Below, one piece after another: positions 16,899-27,702 of a stretch of DNA of 55,689 nt. Origin of the DNA: an uncultured Lentimicrobiaceae bacterium. GTDB lineage: Bacteria; Bacteroidota; Bacteroidia; Bacteroidales; WCHB1-69. The stretch's first letter is position 1, and the number at the start of each line of letters is the position of its first letter. A program made the translations under genes and the position numbers. The stretch is taken from assembly GCA_964610025.1 (NCBI GenBank), contig CAZSTX010000005.1, positions 1 through 55,689 on the forward strand. Reading direction: 5' to 3'. The notes below the pieces were generated by a model. It did no database searches and was not told the origin of the DNA. It worked only from the letters and a program-made list of their open reading frames with translations.

Positions 16899-17678
16899 AT
16901 GAAAACAAAAAAAGACATTGTAGAAAATTGGCTATCAAGATATACAGGCTTAAAACTAAACGAGTTTGGCGAATATATTATTCTCAGTAATTTCAAAAGC
17001 TATATAAAAAATTTTGCAGAAATTATGGATACACAAATGCGTGGATTAGATTATCCTATGCAAAGTGCTACAAAAGAAAATATTACCATTATTAATTTTT
17101 CTATGGGAAGTCCAATGGCAGCTACTATCATGGACTTGCTTACGGCTATTATGCCAAAGGCAGTTTTATTTTTAGGAAAAACAGGCAGTTTAAAACCTTA
17201 TTTAAAATTAGGAGAGCTATTGCTTCCTATTGCCGCCGTTAGAGGCGAAGGAACATCAAATGATTATTTTCCAATGGAAGTCCCTGCCCTACCCGCTTTT
17301 AATTTGCAAAAAGCCATTTCATCTACTATTCGAGACTATGGAAGAGAATACTGGACGGGTACCGTTTACACTACCAATCGAAGAGTATGGGAGCACGACG
17401 AAATTTTTAGAGCTTATTTAGCACGCATCAAAGCTACTGCAATAGACATGGAAACAGCAACACTTTTTTCTGTAGGATTTTATAACAAAATACCAACAGG
17501 AGCATTATTATTAGTTTCAGACCAACCTTTATACACTGATGGAATTAAAACTGAAGCAAGCGATAAAATGGTTACAGAACAATATACAGAAGAACATCTC
17601 AGAATAGGCATTGACTCATTAAAGCAATTAATCAATAAAGGATTAACTGTTAAACATTTACGTTTTGATTATTATTAA
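16899..17678 (+). CDS. amn: AMP nucleosidase (short Bacteroidota type)
   Basis: NFSMGSPMAA, RGEGTSNDY, DMETATLF, LVSDQP. Confidence 0.9.
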   Translation: MKTKKDIVENWLSRYTGLKLNEFGEYIILSNFKSYIKNFAEIMDTQMRGLDYPMQSATKENITIINFSMGSPMAATIMDLLTAIMPKAVLFLGKTGSLKPYLKLGELLLPIAAVRGEGTSNDYFPMEVPALPAFNLQKAISSTIRDYGREYWTGTVYTTNRRVWEHDEIFRAYLARIKATAIDMETATLFSVGFYNKIPTGALLLVSDQPLYTDGIKTEASDKMVTEQYTEEHLRIGIDSLKQLINKGLTVKHLRFDYY

Positions 17679-17692
17679 TAAAAATTAAAAAG

Positions 17693-18415
17693 TTGAATAA
17701 GGCTATTGTTGTAAAAAATTTAACAAAAAAATTTGGCGACTTTACTTCCGTTAATAACATTTCTTTTGAAGTGAAAAAAGGCGAAATTTTCGGTTTATTG
17801 GGTGCCAATGGAGCCGGCAAAACAACCACCATACGCATGCTTTGTGGCTTACTCATACCCACTTCTGGCGTTATGGAAGTTGCTGGTTATAACGTTTTTA
17901 CTCATGGAAAGGAAATAAGAAAACACATTGGCTATATGAGCCAAAAATTTTCTCTTTACGAAGACCTTACAATAATAGAAAATTTAGAATTATTTGGTAC
18001 TATCTATAAAATTCCAAAAAAACTATTGCAAAAAAGAATCTTAAATATTATTGTTCATTTAAAAATTCGCGATTTTGCCAATAGCAGAGTCGAATTTTTA
18101 CCACTTGGACAAAAACAAAAATTGGCATTTGCCACTGCACTAATCCATACACCTGAAATTGTCTTTTTAGACGAACCAACAAGTGGCGTAGACCCATTAG
18201 TACGTAGAGACTTTTGGAATATGATTTATGATAGTGCATCGCAAGGAGTTACCATCGTTGTTACGACCCATTACATGGACGAAGCCGAATATTGTAACCG
18301 ACTATGTTTTATGTCAAATGGTAAAATCGAAATCATTGGAAATCCCAACGAATTAAAAGAAAAATACAAAGTAAATTCTATGACAGAAGTATTTCATAAA
18401 ATAACCAATCGTTAA
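17693..18415 (+). CDS. ABC-2 type exporter ATP-binding subunit
   Basis: GANGAGKTT, LPLGQKQ, LDEPTSGVDP, TTHYMDEA. TTG start. Confidence 0.9.
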   Translation: MNKAIVVKNLTKKFGDFTSVNNISFEVKKGEIFGLLGANGAGKTTTIRMLCGLLIPTSGVMEVAGYNVFTHGKEIRKHIGYMSQKFSLYEDLTIIENLELFGTIYKIPKKLLQKRILNIIVHLKIRDFANSRVEFLPLGQKQKLAFATALIHTPEIVFLDEPTSGVDPLVRRDFWNMIYDSASQGVTIVVTTHYMDEAEYCNRLCFMSNGKIEIIGNPNELKEKYKVNSMTEVFHKITNR

Positions 18416-18420
18416 ACAAG

Positions 18421-19530
18421 ATGGAAGCATTTAAAGCTATATTAATTAAAGAATTTAGACATATTTTTAGAGATATACGCACCTTAGCATTAATATTTAT
18501 GATGCCCATCGTATTGGTTGTATTATTCGGCTACACTATTAGAAATGAAATTACAAATATAAAAATAGCTGTTTTAGATTATTCGCAAGATACTTATTCT
18601 AAATTATTATTAGAAAAAATGACTGCTTCTACTTATTTTAAAGTTACAAAACAACTTAATTCAGAAAGTGAGATAGAACAAGCATTTCAGCAAGGAGCTA
18701 TACACATGGCAATAGTAATACCTCGCAATTTTGAAGAAAACATAATACGTATTAAATCAACAGATATACAACTTATTACAGAAGCCTCTAATATTAACGT
18801 TGCTACTACTCTCGAAAGCTATGGAAAACAAATAATTGCCGATTTTCAAAAAGAAATAAATAACGAAAAAGATAACTATATACCATTTGAAGTAAATATT
18901 AAAATGCAATATAATCCATCGTTAGAAAGTGCATATATGTTTATTCCAGGCAATATTGCATTGATTATGATTATAGTTACAGCTCTAATGACTTCAATAA
19001 CTTTAGCAAGAGAAAAAGAAACAGGAAGCTGGCGTATGCTGGCTATTACTCCTGTAAATCAGCTTACAATGGTAGTGGCAAAAATCATACCTTATATGGT
19101 TATTTCTCTGATTTGTACTATTATCATTATTCTATTAGGTGTATTTATGTTTAACATGCCCATGAAAGGTAGTATTTTATTATTAACAATCGTTTGCATT
19201 CTATTTATGCTAACAGCCTGTTCAATAGGAATATTAATTTCTGTTATCACAAAAACACAACAAGTCGCTATGCTATTATGTATGTTAGGACTCTTCTTGC
19301 CAGCTCTCTTACTTTCAGGTTTTATTTTTCCAATTGAAAATATGCCTTTTATTATTCAAATATTTTCACATATTGTTCCAGCCACATGGTTTATTATTGC
19401 ATTGAAAGATATTATGATAAAAGGAGCTGGACTTGTTACAGTTTGGCTACCTGTAATAGTTTTAACAATTACAACATTGATTTTAATTTCACTCAGCGTA
19501 AAAAAATTAATATCAAAAAACATTTCTTAA
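18421..19530 (+). CDS. ABC-2 type exporter permease (YbhS-like)
   Basis: KEFRHIFRD, periplasmic domain, AREKETGS, LSGFIFPIENMP. Confidence 0.88.
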   Translation: MEAFKAILIKEFRHIFRDIRTLALIFMMPIVLVVLFGYTIRNEITNIKIAVLDYSQDTYSKLLLEKMTASTYFKVTKQLNSESEIEQAFQQGAIHMAIVIPRNFEENIIRIKSTDIQLITEASNINVATTLESYGKQIIADFQKEINNEKDNYIPFEVNIKMQYNPSLESAYMFIPGNIALIMIIVTALMTSITLAREKETGSWRMLAITPVNQLTMVVAKIIPYMVISLICTIIIILLGVFMFNMPMKGSILLLTIVCILFMLTACSIGILISVITKTQQVAMLLCMLGLFLPALLLSGFIFPIENMPFIIQIFSHIVPATWFIIALKDIMIKGAGLVTVWLPVIVLTITTLILISLSVKKLISKNIS

Positions 19531-19633
19531 CATTTTAGTTATTTTTAGTATAAAATAATAAAACATACACATTTATCACAAAAAAAATTATAACTTTGCA
19601 AATTCGTATTTATAACATATAACACAACAGAGA

Positions 19634-21001
19634 ATGAATATTTTAAGAGAAAATATTAGTCCATTAAATGATATTATTTCAATAGAAATACAATTAGCTG
19701 ACTATAAAGAGAAAGTAGAAAAAAAACTAAAAGATTTGAAGCGTAAAGCTAATATACCAGGATTTAGAGTTGGACACGTACCTATAGGTATGATTAACAA
19801 AATGTATAAAAAATCAGTCCTTGTAGACGAAATAACACAAATAATACAAGATAGTTTATTAAATCATATAAAAGAAAACAACATCAATATTTTATTTGAA
19901 CCCCTCCCCATTCCTGATAAAACAAAAGGAAATTTTGACAACGAAGATGAGACTTTTACATTCTTTTTTGAAATTGGATTGCATCCAGAATTTGAAATAA
20001 ATTATGAAAAAGCTAAAAAAATCAACTATTTAAAAATCAACGCAAACAACAAAGATGTTGAAGAAGAAATAAAAAAAATAAGACATAAAATGGGTAAATT
20101 TTCTTCAACAGAAATAGTAGTTGATAATGATATGCTATTAGTTACAGTACTTGCCGAAGATGATATAAAAGAAGATTTTACAGCTTCCTTATTGTTAAAC
20201 TATATAAAAGACGAATATAAAAAGTTATTTGTTGGAAAAAAACTGCACGATATTATAAAATTTAATACAAAAGAAATATTTAAAAGCGATTACGAACGTT
20301 CGACTTTCTTAAAAACAAAAATAGAAGATTTAGAAAATGCTCCTATTAATATTAGCGTTAAAATAGATGCTATACACCACATTGAATTAGCCGAACTAAA
20401 CGAAGAATTTTACACAAAAGCATTCCCTAATGGAGAAGTAAATAACGAAAAATCTTTAAAAGAAGAAGTAAAAAAGCAAATCGAATTAGGCTACGAAAGA
20501 GATGAAAAAATGTATTTTCGTACTAAAATCATGGAAAATTTAATGGAAGAAACCACAATTGATTTACCCGAAAATTTTATCAAAAATTATTTAACAACTA
20601 ATAAAAACGAAGAATATAACGCAGAAAACATAGAAGATAAATATGCTGACATTGAAAAATCGATTCGTTATCAATTAATTGAAGATAAAATTGCAAAAAC
20701 GGAAAAAATAGATATTAGCAAAGAAGAAATTAGCAAATACATCAAAGATTATATTCGTAGCGCTTATTTTGGTGTTACATCTAATCAAACTCTTCCCGAA
20801 GAACAAGAAAACCAAGTAACAAATTTTGCAAATGAAATGTTGAGTAAATCAGAAAATGTTAAAAATGCTTACGAAAATATTTTTTCAGAAAAGCTTATTG
20901 AATCACTCATAAAAAACATTAATCCAGCAAGCGAAAAAGTAAGTTTTGATAAATTTATCGAAATAATGACTAATAAATCAGAAGAAAAAACAACTAAATA
21001 A
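19634..21001 (+). CDS. tig: Trigger factor
   Basis: IPGFRVGHVP ribosome-binding signature, upstream of clpP-clpX. TAACTTTG box at 19591-19598. Confidence 0.92.
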   Translation: MNILRENISPLNDIISIEIQLADYKEKVEKKLKDLKRKANIPGFRVGHVPIGMINKMYKKSVLVDEITQIIQDSLLNHIKENNINILFEPLPIPDKTKGNFDNEDETFTFFFEIGLHPEFEINYEKAKKINYLKINANNKDVEEEIKKIRHKMGKFSSTEIVVDNDMLLVTVLAEDDIKEDFTASLLLNYIKDEYKKLFVGKKLHDIIKFNTKEIFKSDYERSTFLKTKIEDLENAPINISVKIDAIHHIELAELNEEFYTKAFPNGEVNNEKSLKEEVKKQIELGYERDEKMYFRTKIMENLMEETTIDLPENFIKNYLTTNKNEEYNAENIEDKYADIEKSIRYQLIEDKIAKTEKIDISKEEISKYIKDYIRSAYFGVTSNQTLPEEQENQVTNFANEMLSKSENVKNAYENIFSEKLIESLIKNINPASEKVSFDKFIEIMTNKSEEKTTK

Positions 21002-21022
21002 TAATATTAAATATCTGACAAC

Positions 21023-21688
21023 ATGAAAGATGAATTCAGAAAATATGCTTTAAAACATATTGGCATCAACAGCATGACACTTTATAAATACACGTCTGTA
21101 CTTAATGAATACATTACTCCAAATATCATTGAAGAGCGACAATTAAACGCCGTAGCTATGGACGTTTTTTCACGTTTAATGATGGATAGAATCATTTTTA
21201 TGGGTGTTCCTATTTTCGATGATGTAGCCAACATCATACAAGCACAATTATTATTTTTAGAATCTGTCGATTCTAAAAAAGACATTCAAATCTACATCAA
21301 TTCTCCAGGAGGTTCTGTATATGCAGGTTTAGGAATTTACGATACCATTCAATACATTGAAGCAGATGTAGCTACAATATGTACAGGCATGGCTGCTTCT
21401 ATGAGTGCTATTTTATTATGTGCTGGTGCACCAAAAAAACGATCAGCCCTCAAACACTCACGCATCATGCTACATCAACCTATGGGAGGCGTATCAGGAC
21501 AAGCATCTGATATAGAAATTGAAGCGCGTGAAATACAAAAAGTAAAAAAAGAACTTTACGAAATCATTTCAAAACATACCGGGCAACCTTACGATAAAGT
21601 ATGGGCAGATTCCGATAGAGACAATTGGATGTCATCGCAAGAAGCTAAAGACTATGGTATGATAGATGAAATTTTACAAAGAACATAA
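21023..21688 (+). CDS. clpP: ATP-dependent Clp protease proteolytic subunit
   Basis: DVFSRL, YINSPGG, MAASM, MLHQP. Confidence 0.97.
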   Translation: MKDEFRKYALKHIGINSMTLYKYTSVLNEYITPNIIEERQLNAVAMDVFSRLMMDRIIFMGVPIFDDVANIIQAQLLFLESVDSKKDIQIYINSPGGSVYAGLGIYDTIQYIEADVATICTGMAASMSAILLCAGAPKKRSALKHSRIMLHQPMGGVSGQASDIEIEAREIQKVKKELYEIISKHTGQPYDKVWADSDRDNWMSSQEAKDYGMIDEILQRT

Positions 21689-21709
21689 AATATTAGTTTT
21701 TCTATTATT

Positions 21710-22933
21710 ATGGCTAAAGCAGTAAATACCACAAAAAAATGCTCTTTCTGTGGTAATGAAGAAAGTAATAACCTTCTACTATTAGATGGAATAAATGCAC
21801 ATATTTGTGAAAATTGCATTCAAGCAGCAAACGATATATTGCATCAAATCAAATATCACGACAAAAAGAATGAAGTTGAAACATTTTCTTTTGATAAAAA
21901 ACCAATCGAAATCAAAACTTTTTTAGATAAATACATTATAGGACAAGAAGAAGCTAAAAAAGTGATTTCCGTAGCTGTTTATAATCATTATAAACGCATA
22001 CGTTATTATCAAGACAAAGAAGAACAAGACGATGTAGAAATCGATAAATCCAATATTATTTTAGTAGGAGAAACAGGAACGGGCAAGACATTATTAGCCA
22101 GCACAATAGCTAAATTATTAGACGTGCCATTCTGTATTGCCGATGCTACTGTTTTTACACAAGCGGGTTATGTTGGAGAAGATGTAGAAAGTATTTTAAG
22201 TAGATTGCTACAAGCAGCTGATTACAATGTAAGTAAAGCTGAAAAAGGCATTGTTTTTATTGATGAAATAGACAAAATTGCACGCAAATCCGACAACCCT
22301 TCCATCACAAGAGATGTTTCGGGCGAAGGCGTACAACAAGCATTATTAAAGCTATTAGAAGGTAGTATCGTAAACGTGCCGCCAGAAGGAGGACGCAAAC
22401 ACCCAGAACAAAAATTTATTCAAATCGACACTAAAAATATTTTATTTATTGCTGGCGGAGCTTTTGATGGTATTGAAAGAAAAATAGCAGCTCGTTTAAA
22501 CACTAAAATCATTGGCTATAAGAGTAGTGACAACAAAATAGACGACGATGATATGTTACAACATATTACATCACAAGATATTAGAAATTATGGTTTAATA
22601 CCCGAAATATGTGGACGCTTCCCAGTTATTACTTATATGACTAGATTAGACGAAGATGCACTAAAACGGATATTATTAGAACCTAAAAATGCTTTAATAA
22701 AACAATATAAAAAACTATTAAAAATAGACAACATTGATTTAACCTTCGACAATGATGCAATAAATGCTATAGTAGAAAAAACAGTAGATTTAAAATTAGG
22801 TGCGAGAGGTTTACGTACTATCATAGAAAAAATCATGACAGATGCCATGTTTGATTTTCCAAGCAAAAATAAGAAAAAACTTCATATAACCCAAGCATAC
22901 GTAACATCTAAATTAGCTATTATTAATAAATAA
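21710..22933 (+). CDS. clpX: ATP-dependent Clp protease ATP-binding subunit
   Basis: CSFC..CENC zinc finger, [27 protein letters not shown]. Confidence 0.97.
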   Translation: MAKAVNTTKKCSFCGNEESNNLLLLDGINAHICENCIQAANDILHQIKYHDKKNEVETFSFDKKPIEIKTFLDKYIIGQEEAKKVISVAVYNHYKRIRYYQDKEEQDDVEIDKSNIILVGETGTGKTLLASTIAKLLDVPFCIADATVFTQAGYVGEDVESILSRLLQAADYNVSKAEKGIVFIDEIDKIARKSDNPSITRDVSGEGVQQALLKLLEGSIVNVPPEGGRKHPEQKFIQIDTKNILFIAGGAFDGIERKIAARLNTKIIGYKSSDNKIDDDDMLQHITSQDIRNYGLIPEICGRFPVITYMTRLDEDALKRILLEPKNALIKQYKKLLKIDNIDLTFDNDAINAIVEKTVDLKLGARGLRTIIEKIMTDAMFDFPSKNKKKLHITQAYVTSKLAIINK

Positions 22934-22964
22934 AAATAAATTAAAAAAAAATCTTATCATCACA

Positions 22965-23402
22965 ATGGACTTAAAAAAAATATTGACAATATCGGGTAAA
23001 AGTGGATTGTATCAAATTATTAATCAAGGTAATAATCGTATAATAGTAGAATCGATTCAAGATAAATCGCGGCATCCTATTTTTCCTACTAACAAAATAA
23101 TTCCATTAGAAGATATTAGTGTTTTTACAAATACTAAAGAAGTTCCATTAAAAGAGGTATTTAAAAAAATATTTGACATAGAAAATGCTCAAAAATGTAT
23201 CGACCATAAATCAGACAATAATACATTAAAAGCATATATGGAAAAAATATTACCAGAATATGATAAAGACCGCGTATACATTTCAGATATGAAAAAGATA
23301 TTTTTTTGGTATAATTCATTAATAGAGCAAGACATGCTTAATTTTGAAAACACAGAAGAAGACAAAAAAGAACCCACATCTGATGAGTCACATAAGCAAT
23401 AA
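22965..23402 (+). CDS. DUF5606 family protein
   Basis: MDLKKILTISGKSGLY...LEDIS...YDKDRVYISDMKK..WYN pattern recalled as typical of this Bacteroidota family. Confidence 0.75.
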   Translation: MDLKKILTISGKSGLYQIINQGNNRIIVESIQDKSRHPIFPTNKIIPLEDISVFTNTKEVPLKEVFKKIFDIENAQKCIDHKSDNNTLKAYMEKILPEYDKDRVYISDMKKIFFWYNSLIEQDMLNFENTEEDKKEPTSDESHKQ

Positions 23403-23407
23403 ACTGT

Positions 23408-23839
23408 ATGGTTATAAAAAACAAATGCTTATGTACTAAAGAAGAAGATCTATACAATGCTGCTTCTCAAGTCTTTGAAAAATATCCCAACCAGCTTATT
23501 TTTTCATTAAAAGGCGATATGGGAGTAGGCAAAACTACTTTTATGAAATACGTTTGCCGTTATTTACAATGCAATGATATGGTAAGTAGTCCTACTTTTT
23601 CGATTGTCAATGAATACCAATTACCCAACTTAAAAAAACTATATCATTTTGATTTTTACAGAATTAACTCTATTGAAGAAGCTATCAATATTGGAATAGA
23701 AGAATATTTGTACAGCAATCATTATTGTTTTATCGAATGGGCTGAAAAAATAAACATATTACTTCCTCAAGATACAGTAGAAATAAATATAACTATCGAT
23801 AATTCTAATAATAAAGGGCATAGAATTTTTACCTTTTAA
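23408..23839 (+). CDS. tsaE: tRNA threonylcarbamoyladenosine biosynthesis ATPase
   Basis: GDMGVGKTT, SSPTFSIVNEY, YHFDFYRI, IEWAE. Confidence 0.95.
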   Translation: MVIKNKCLCTKEEDLYNAASQVFEKYPNQLIFSLKGDMGVGKTTFMKYVCRYLQCNDMVSSPTFSIVNEYQLPNLKKLYHFDFYRINSIEEAINIGIEEYLYSNHYCFIEWAEKINILLPQDTVEINITIDNSNNKGHRIFTF

Positions 23840-25107
23840 TATTGATAAGTATTTTTCCACATTTTTTGAAGTTGTGCACGCATTTCTTTTTCTCTTGCAT
23901 TATCTCCTGGTTCGTAAAATTTCTTTCCTATTAGTTCTTTAGGCATAAAATTGGTTTCGACAAAATTCCCTTTAAAATTATGTGCATATTTATAGCCTAC
24001 CCCATAGGATAAATCTTTCATAAAACGAGTTGGTGTGTTTCGCAAAGAAAGAGGAACTGATAAATTTTTTGTTTTTTCAACAGTCTCTAAAGCTTTATCT
24101 ATCGCCATATAAGCAGTGTTGCTTTTAGGCGAAGAAGCTAAATAAATAGCTGTTTGCGATAAAATTATACGTGCTTCGGGCATGCCAATCATTGTTACAG
24201 CCTGAAAACAGTTAGTTGCAAGCAATAAAGCATTGGGATTGGCATTTCCTATATCTTCTGAAGCTAATATTAGCATTCTACGGGCTATAAATTTTGGATC
24301 TTCGCCTGCTGCAATCATACGTGCAAGCCAATAAAGTGCAGCATTGGGATCGCTACCTCGTAAAGACTTGATAAATGCAGAAATAACATCATAATGCATC
24401 TCTCCCGATTTGTCATAAATTTGTATATTTTTTTGTATAACCGCCATTATTTTTTCATCAGTAATCTGTATTTCGTCAGCATCTGAAATAAGGCTATAAA
24501 CAGTTAACTCAAATGCATTAAGCAACTTCCGAACATCACCGCCTGAAATATAGAATAAAGTATCAAAAGAATGAATAATAATTTTCTTTGCAAACCGTGT
24601 TTCTAATATCTCCTGTGCTTTTAATAGAATTTTTTTTAAATGATTTTCTTCCAATGGCTTTAATATATACACCTGACAACGAGATAATAATGGAGAAATA
24701 ACTTCAAAAGAAGGATTTTCTGTTGTTGCTCCTACTAAAATGATGATTCCTTGTTCAACAGCTCCTAACAACGAATCTTGTTGTGATTTGTTAAATCGAT
24801 GAATTTCATCTATAAACAAAATAGAAGATGTATTTGTTTTTTTTGCGTTATCAATTACATCTCGCACGTCGCGTACACCAGCATTAATAGCACTTAGTTT
24901 ATAAAAATTAACTTGTAAATAATTGGCAATAAGATGTACTAATGTCGTTTTCCCTACGCCGGGTGGTCCCCATAAAATCATTGATGGCACTTTTCCTATT
25001 TCCAAAGACTTACGAAGTATCCCCTCCTCTCCTATTAAAAATTCTTGTCCGTAATATTCTTCAAAAGATTTAGGACGCATTTCTTCTGCTAATGGAATTG
25101 ATTTCAT
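23836..25107 (-). CDS. rarA: Replication-associated recombination protein A (MgsA/RarA)
   Basis: PLAEEMRP, WGPPGVGKTT, DEIHRF, SAFIKSLRGSD, ASPKSN. Confidence 0.95.
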   Translation of the reverse strand: MKSIPLAEEMRPKSFEEYYGQEFLIGEEGILRKSLEIGKVPSMILWGPPGVGKTTLVHLIANYLQVNFYKLSAINAGVRDVRDVIDNAKKTNTSSILFIDEIHRFNKSQQDSLLGAVEQGIIILVGATTENPSFEVISPLLSRCQVYILKPLEENHLKKILLKAQEILETRFAKKIIIHSFDTLFYISGGDVRKLLNAFELTVYSLISDADEIQITDEKIMAVIQKNIQIYDKSGEMHYDVISAFIKSLRGSDPNAALYWLARMIAAGEDPKFIARRMLILASEDIGNANPNALLLATNCFQAVTMIGMPEARIILSQTAIYLASSPKSNTAYMAIDKALETVEKTKNLSVPLSLRNTPTRFMKDLSYGVGYKYAHNFKGNFVETNFMPKELIGKKFYEPGDNAREKEMRAQLQKMWKNTYQY

Positions 25108-25171
25108 AATAAATTTATGCGTAATTATAAGTTACTATAAATTGACTGAATTGTTAGAACCTATTGTTTAA

Positions 25172-27616
25172 TTATTTACATTCGCTGCAAATAATATTCT
25201 TAACAGCTAAATTTTCGAGAATAAGAATAGAATATGTTTTTATTTCATTGCAAAAACGCGTTCTGTTTTTTTGAGCAGCCAATTTACAAGCTATTTCAAA
25301 ATTTTTCGTAATATAAGTATTTTCATTAATAGAATATAAATTCATATAAGTAAAAATAAAATCTTCGCTCACAGAAGTATCTGTAATATAAGCATCCATT
25401 GTTGTTCTAGCAAATTCATAATCTTCATACTCAATAAAAGTAGAAGCTACTTCGTAGGCTTTTTGCCAAGTGGAAATGGTTGGTAATGCTATTAATTTTA
25501 TTTTATCATAAGTTATATTCATTAAATTTTCATCAGGAGATTCACTTTCGTTTATATAATCCAATACTTTATATTGAAAAGTCATATTCAATGCGTCTAC
25601 CTTAGCAGGGTATGTCTTTCCAATAGTAGTATTATAAAATTTATCAATTTTAACTTGTGTAGGTGTTATTTGTGTTGTAGATGTTATTTCTACATCAAGC
25701 ACCGAACAGCAAAGAGCATTAAATTCAGCTATTAAATTTTTAGCATCAAATTTATATAAATCAATCACATTTTTCATATTATCAGAAGACCAAGCTCCTT
25801 TGAAAAATGATAGCATATAATATTTATTTGTTAAAAAAGGTAACATATTAGCACGATAAGGAATATTCATACTATCAATTAAATTTTTAGTGTATTTCCC
25901 GTCTTCTACTCTTTTCATAATAAATTTTTGAATCGCAAAAGCCATAGGAAAATCACCTTTTTCTAATGTTTTATTAAATTTATTTACAGTAAAACCTTGT
26001 TCATATTTTTCCGAAATATCATATGTTATATACATCGTGATGTGAGCTCTTCTATGATTTTTCAAAATAGGTTCTATATTTTTCAATAATTTACTATTTT
26101 TCAATTGTGTTTTTAAATCATTTTTCGACAAATTGGATAGATTAGCATATTCTTTATTATTTTTCAAATCATTTACTAATAGTTCATAGCCATCATCTAA
26201 ATCAATGGAATATGCAATATTTTCGATTTGCATTTTCTTTAGTGCAGCTACAATACTTTCAGAGCGTTTTTTTTGTAGAATTTCATTCGATTGTTGACTA
26301 CCTTCTAATGATGTAGTAGCAATAATTACTATGCTATCAATAATAAATCTTGGTTCTTTCAACGTTTCGATAAAGGGACGTATATCCTCTGCTTCATATT
26401 CTGATTTGTTGACTTCAAAAGGTACATTAAATTCTAAAACGGCTTTTTCGGGTTCGGGAATATAATTAATAGATGTTTGAATTCCAGACAAATCAGGGAG
26501 TAAACTTGTTTTTCCAGAATAATCTGATGTAACTTGTTTAATATTTGTTTTTACTAAAGTTTTACATACAGCTTTATCTTTTATAATTATAAGATTAATA
26601 TCATAGGGTGTTCTTACGTTGTTTGGAATTGTACCTATATAGGCGTTAAGTCCTTTATTCTTTTTATCCGTTATTTCGTTCTTTTTTACTAATTTATTAA
26701 ATTTAATATATTTTTGGAGTACTCCACGATTATAAAAATTAAGGTCTATATCATTTTGTTTATTACAAAGATATTGAGAATGTTGAACAATATCAATAGC
26801 TATAGCATCTTTTTTCTTCCCTATCAAACGTTTTAATTCTTTAATATTAGGATGAACAAAATAAATATCATTTCCTTTTAAGGTGATACATTTTTGTAGA
26901 TTTTCGATACCTTTCACTTCACATTTGCGACAAGTTTTTTCTTGATAGGGTTTTAAGCCATAAAGTTTTCTTGTGTAAGTAGTATTTTTATACGTAATAT
27001 TATCTTTATTAAACGATAAATCGTTACCAAAGACCAATGAGATGTATATATTTTTATTGTTCTCATCTACAGATGTTCCAACTCCAATATATGTAAATTT
27101 TTTATGCAATGGAATAATATTTGTTTTTGTGTTTTTCAATAAATAGCTAATAGCTTCAATTGCTACTTCTAAATAAGAATAGTCGCTTCTCGCATTGTCT
27201 TTTGAAGCTTTTGCTCTTGTTACTAGTTCGGCAACACGTTTGGTACCACCCGCTTTAACAGCACGTAATTCAGTAGTTTTCAAGTAACTCACTATGTTTT
27301 TGTAAGTTCTTTCTTTCTTTTTAGCCATAAATACTGATTGATAAGTAGCAGCACTATCTAATATCTCTTTATTTATTAATGCTTCTGCTGAATTGCAATT
27401 TTTACGTGAATAATTAATAACTTCAATGATACATTCTTTCATCAAATCATTGTCATAGTAAACTGGATTAAAATTCTTTAGAAAATCGGGATGCGTTTCT
27501 CCTAATTTTTCATAATCAATATCACAAACGGGTGCTTGCTGCGCAAATACAAAATAATTAAAAGTAAGAGATACTACTAAAAAAGGGGTTAAAAAATAAG
27601 TAAAAAATTTTTTCAT
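25172..27616 (-). CDS. Large exported hypothetical protein with N-terminal CAP-like and central OmpA-like domains
   Basis: Signal peptide ending VFA-Q. CAP-like segment (INYSR...LDSAATYQSVFMA...YIGVG...YISLVFG) and OmpA-like segment (FEVNKS...TSLEGSQQSNEILQKKRSESIV). Confidence 0.6.
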   Translation of the reverse strand: MKKFFTYFLTPFLVVSLTFNYFVFAQQAPVCDIDYEKLGETHPDFLKNFNPVYYDNDLMKECIIEVINYSRKNCNSAEALINKEILDSAATYQSVFMAKKKERTYKNIVSYLKTTELRAVKAGGTKRVAELVTRAKASKDNARSDYSYLEVAIEAISYLLKNTKTNIIPLHKKFTYIGVGTSVDENNKNIYISLVFGNDLSFNKDNITYKNTTYTRKLYGLKPYQEKTCRKCEVKGIENLQKCITLKGNDIYFVHPNIKELKRLIGKKKDAIAIDIVQHSQYLCNKQNDIDLNFYNRGVLQKYIKFNKLVKKNEITDKKNKGLNAYIGTIPNNVRTPYDINLIIIKDKAVCKTLVKTNIKQVTSDYSGKTSLLPDLSGIQTSINYIPEPEKAVLEFNVPFEVNKSEYEAEDIRPFIETLKEPRFIIDSIVIIATTSLEGSQQSNEILQKKRSESIVAALKKMQIENIAYSIDLDDGYELLVNDLKNNKEYANLSNLSKNDLKTQLKNSKLLKNIEPILKNHRRAHITMYITYDISEKYEQGFTVNKFNKTLEKGDFPMAFAIQKFIMKRVEDGKYTKNLIDSMNIPYRANMLPFLTNKYYMLSFFKGAWSSDNMKNVIDLYKFDAKNLIAEFNALCCSVLDVEITSTTQITPTQVKIDKFYNTTIGKTYPAKVDALNMTFQYKVLDYINESESPDENLMNITYDKIKLIALPTISTWQKAYEVASTFIEYEDYEFARTTMDAYITDTSVSEDFIFTYMNLYSINENTYITKNFEIACKLAAQKNRTRFCNEIKTYSILILENLAVKNIICSECK

Positions 27617-27702
27617 TATTTATTATTTTAATTTAAATTGATAGTATTTTATTATGCAAAAGTAATACTTTTTTTTATATTTTCTTTATAATTTTCATTT
27701 TT

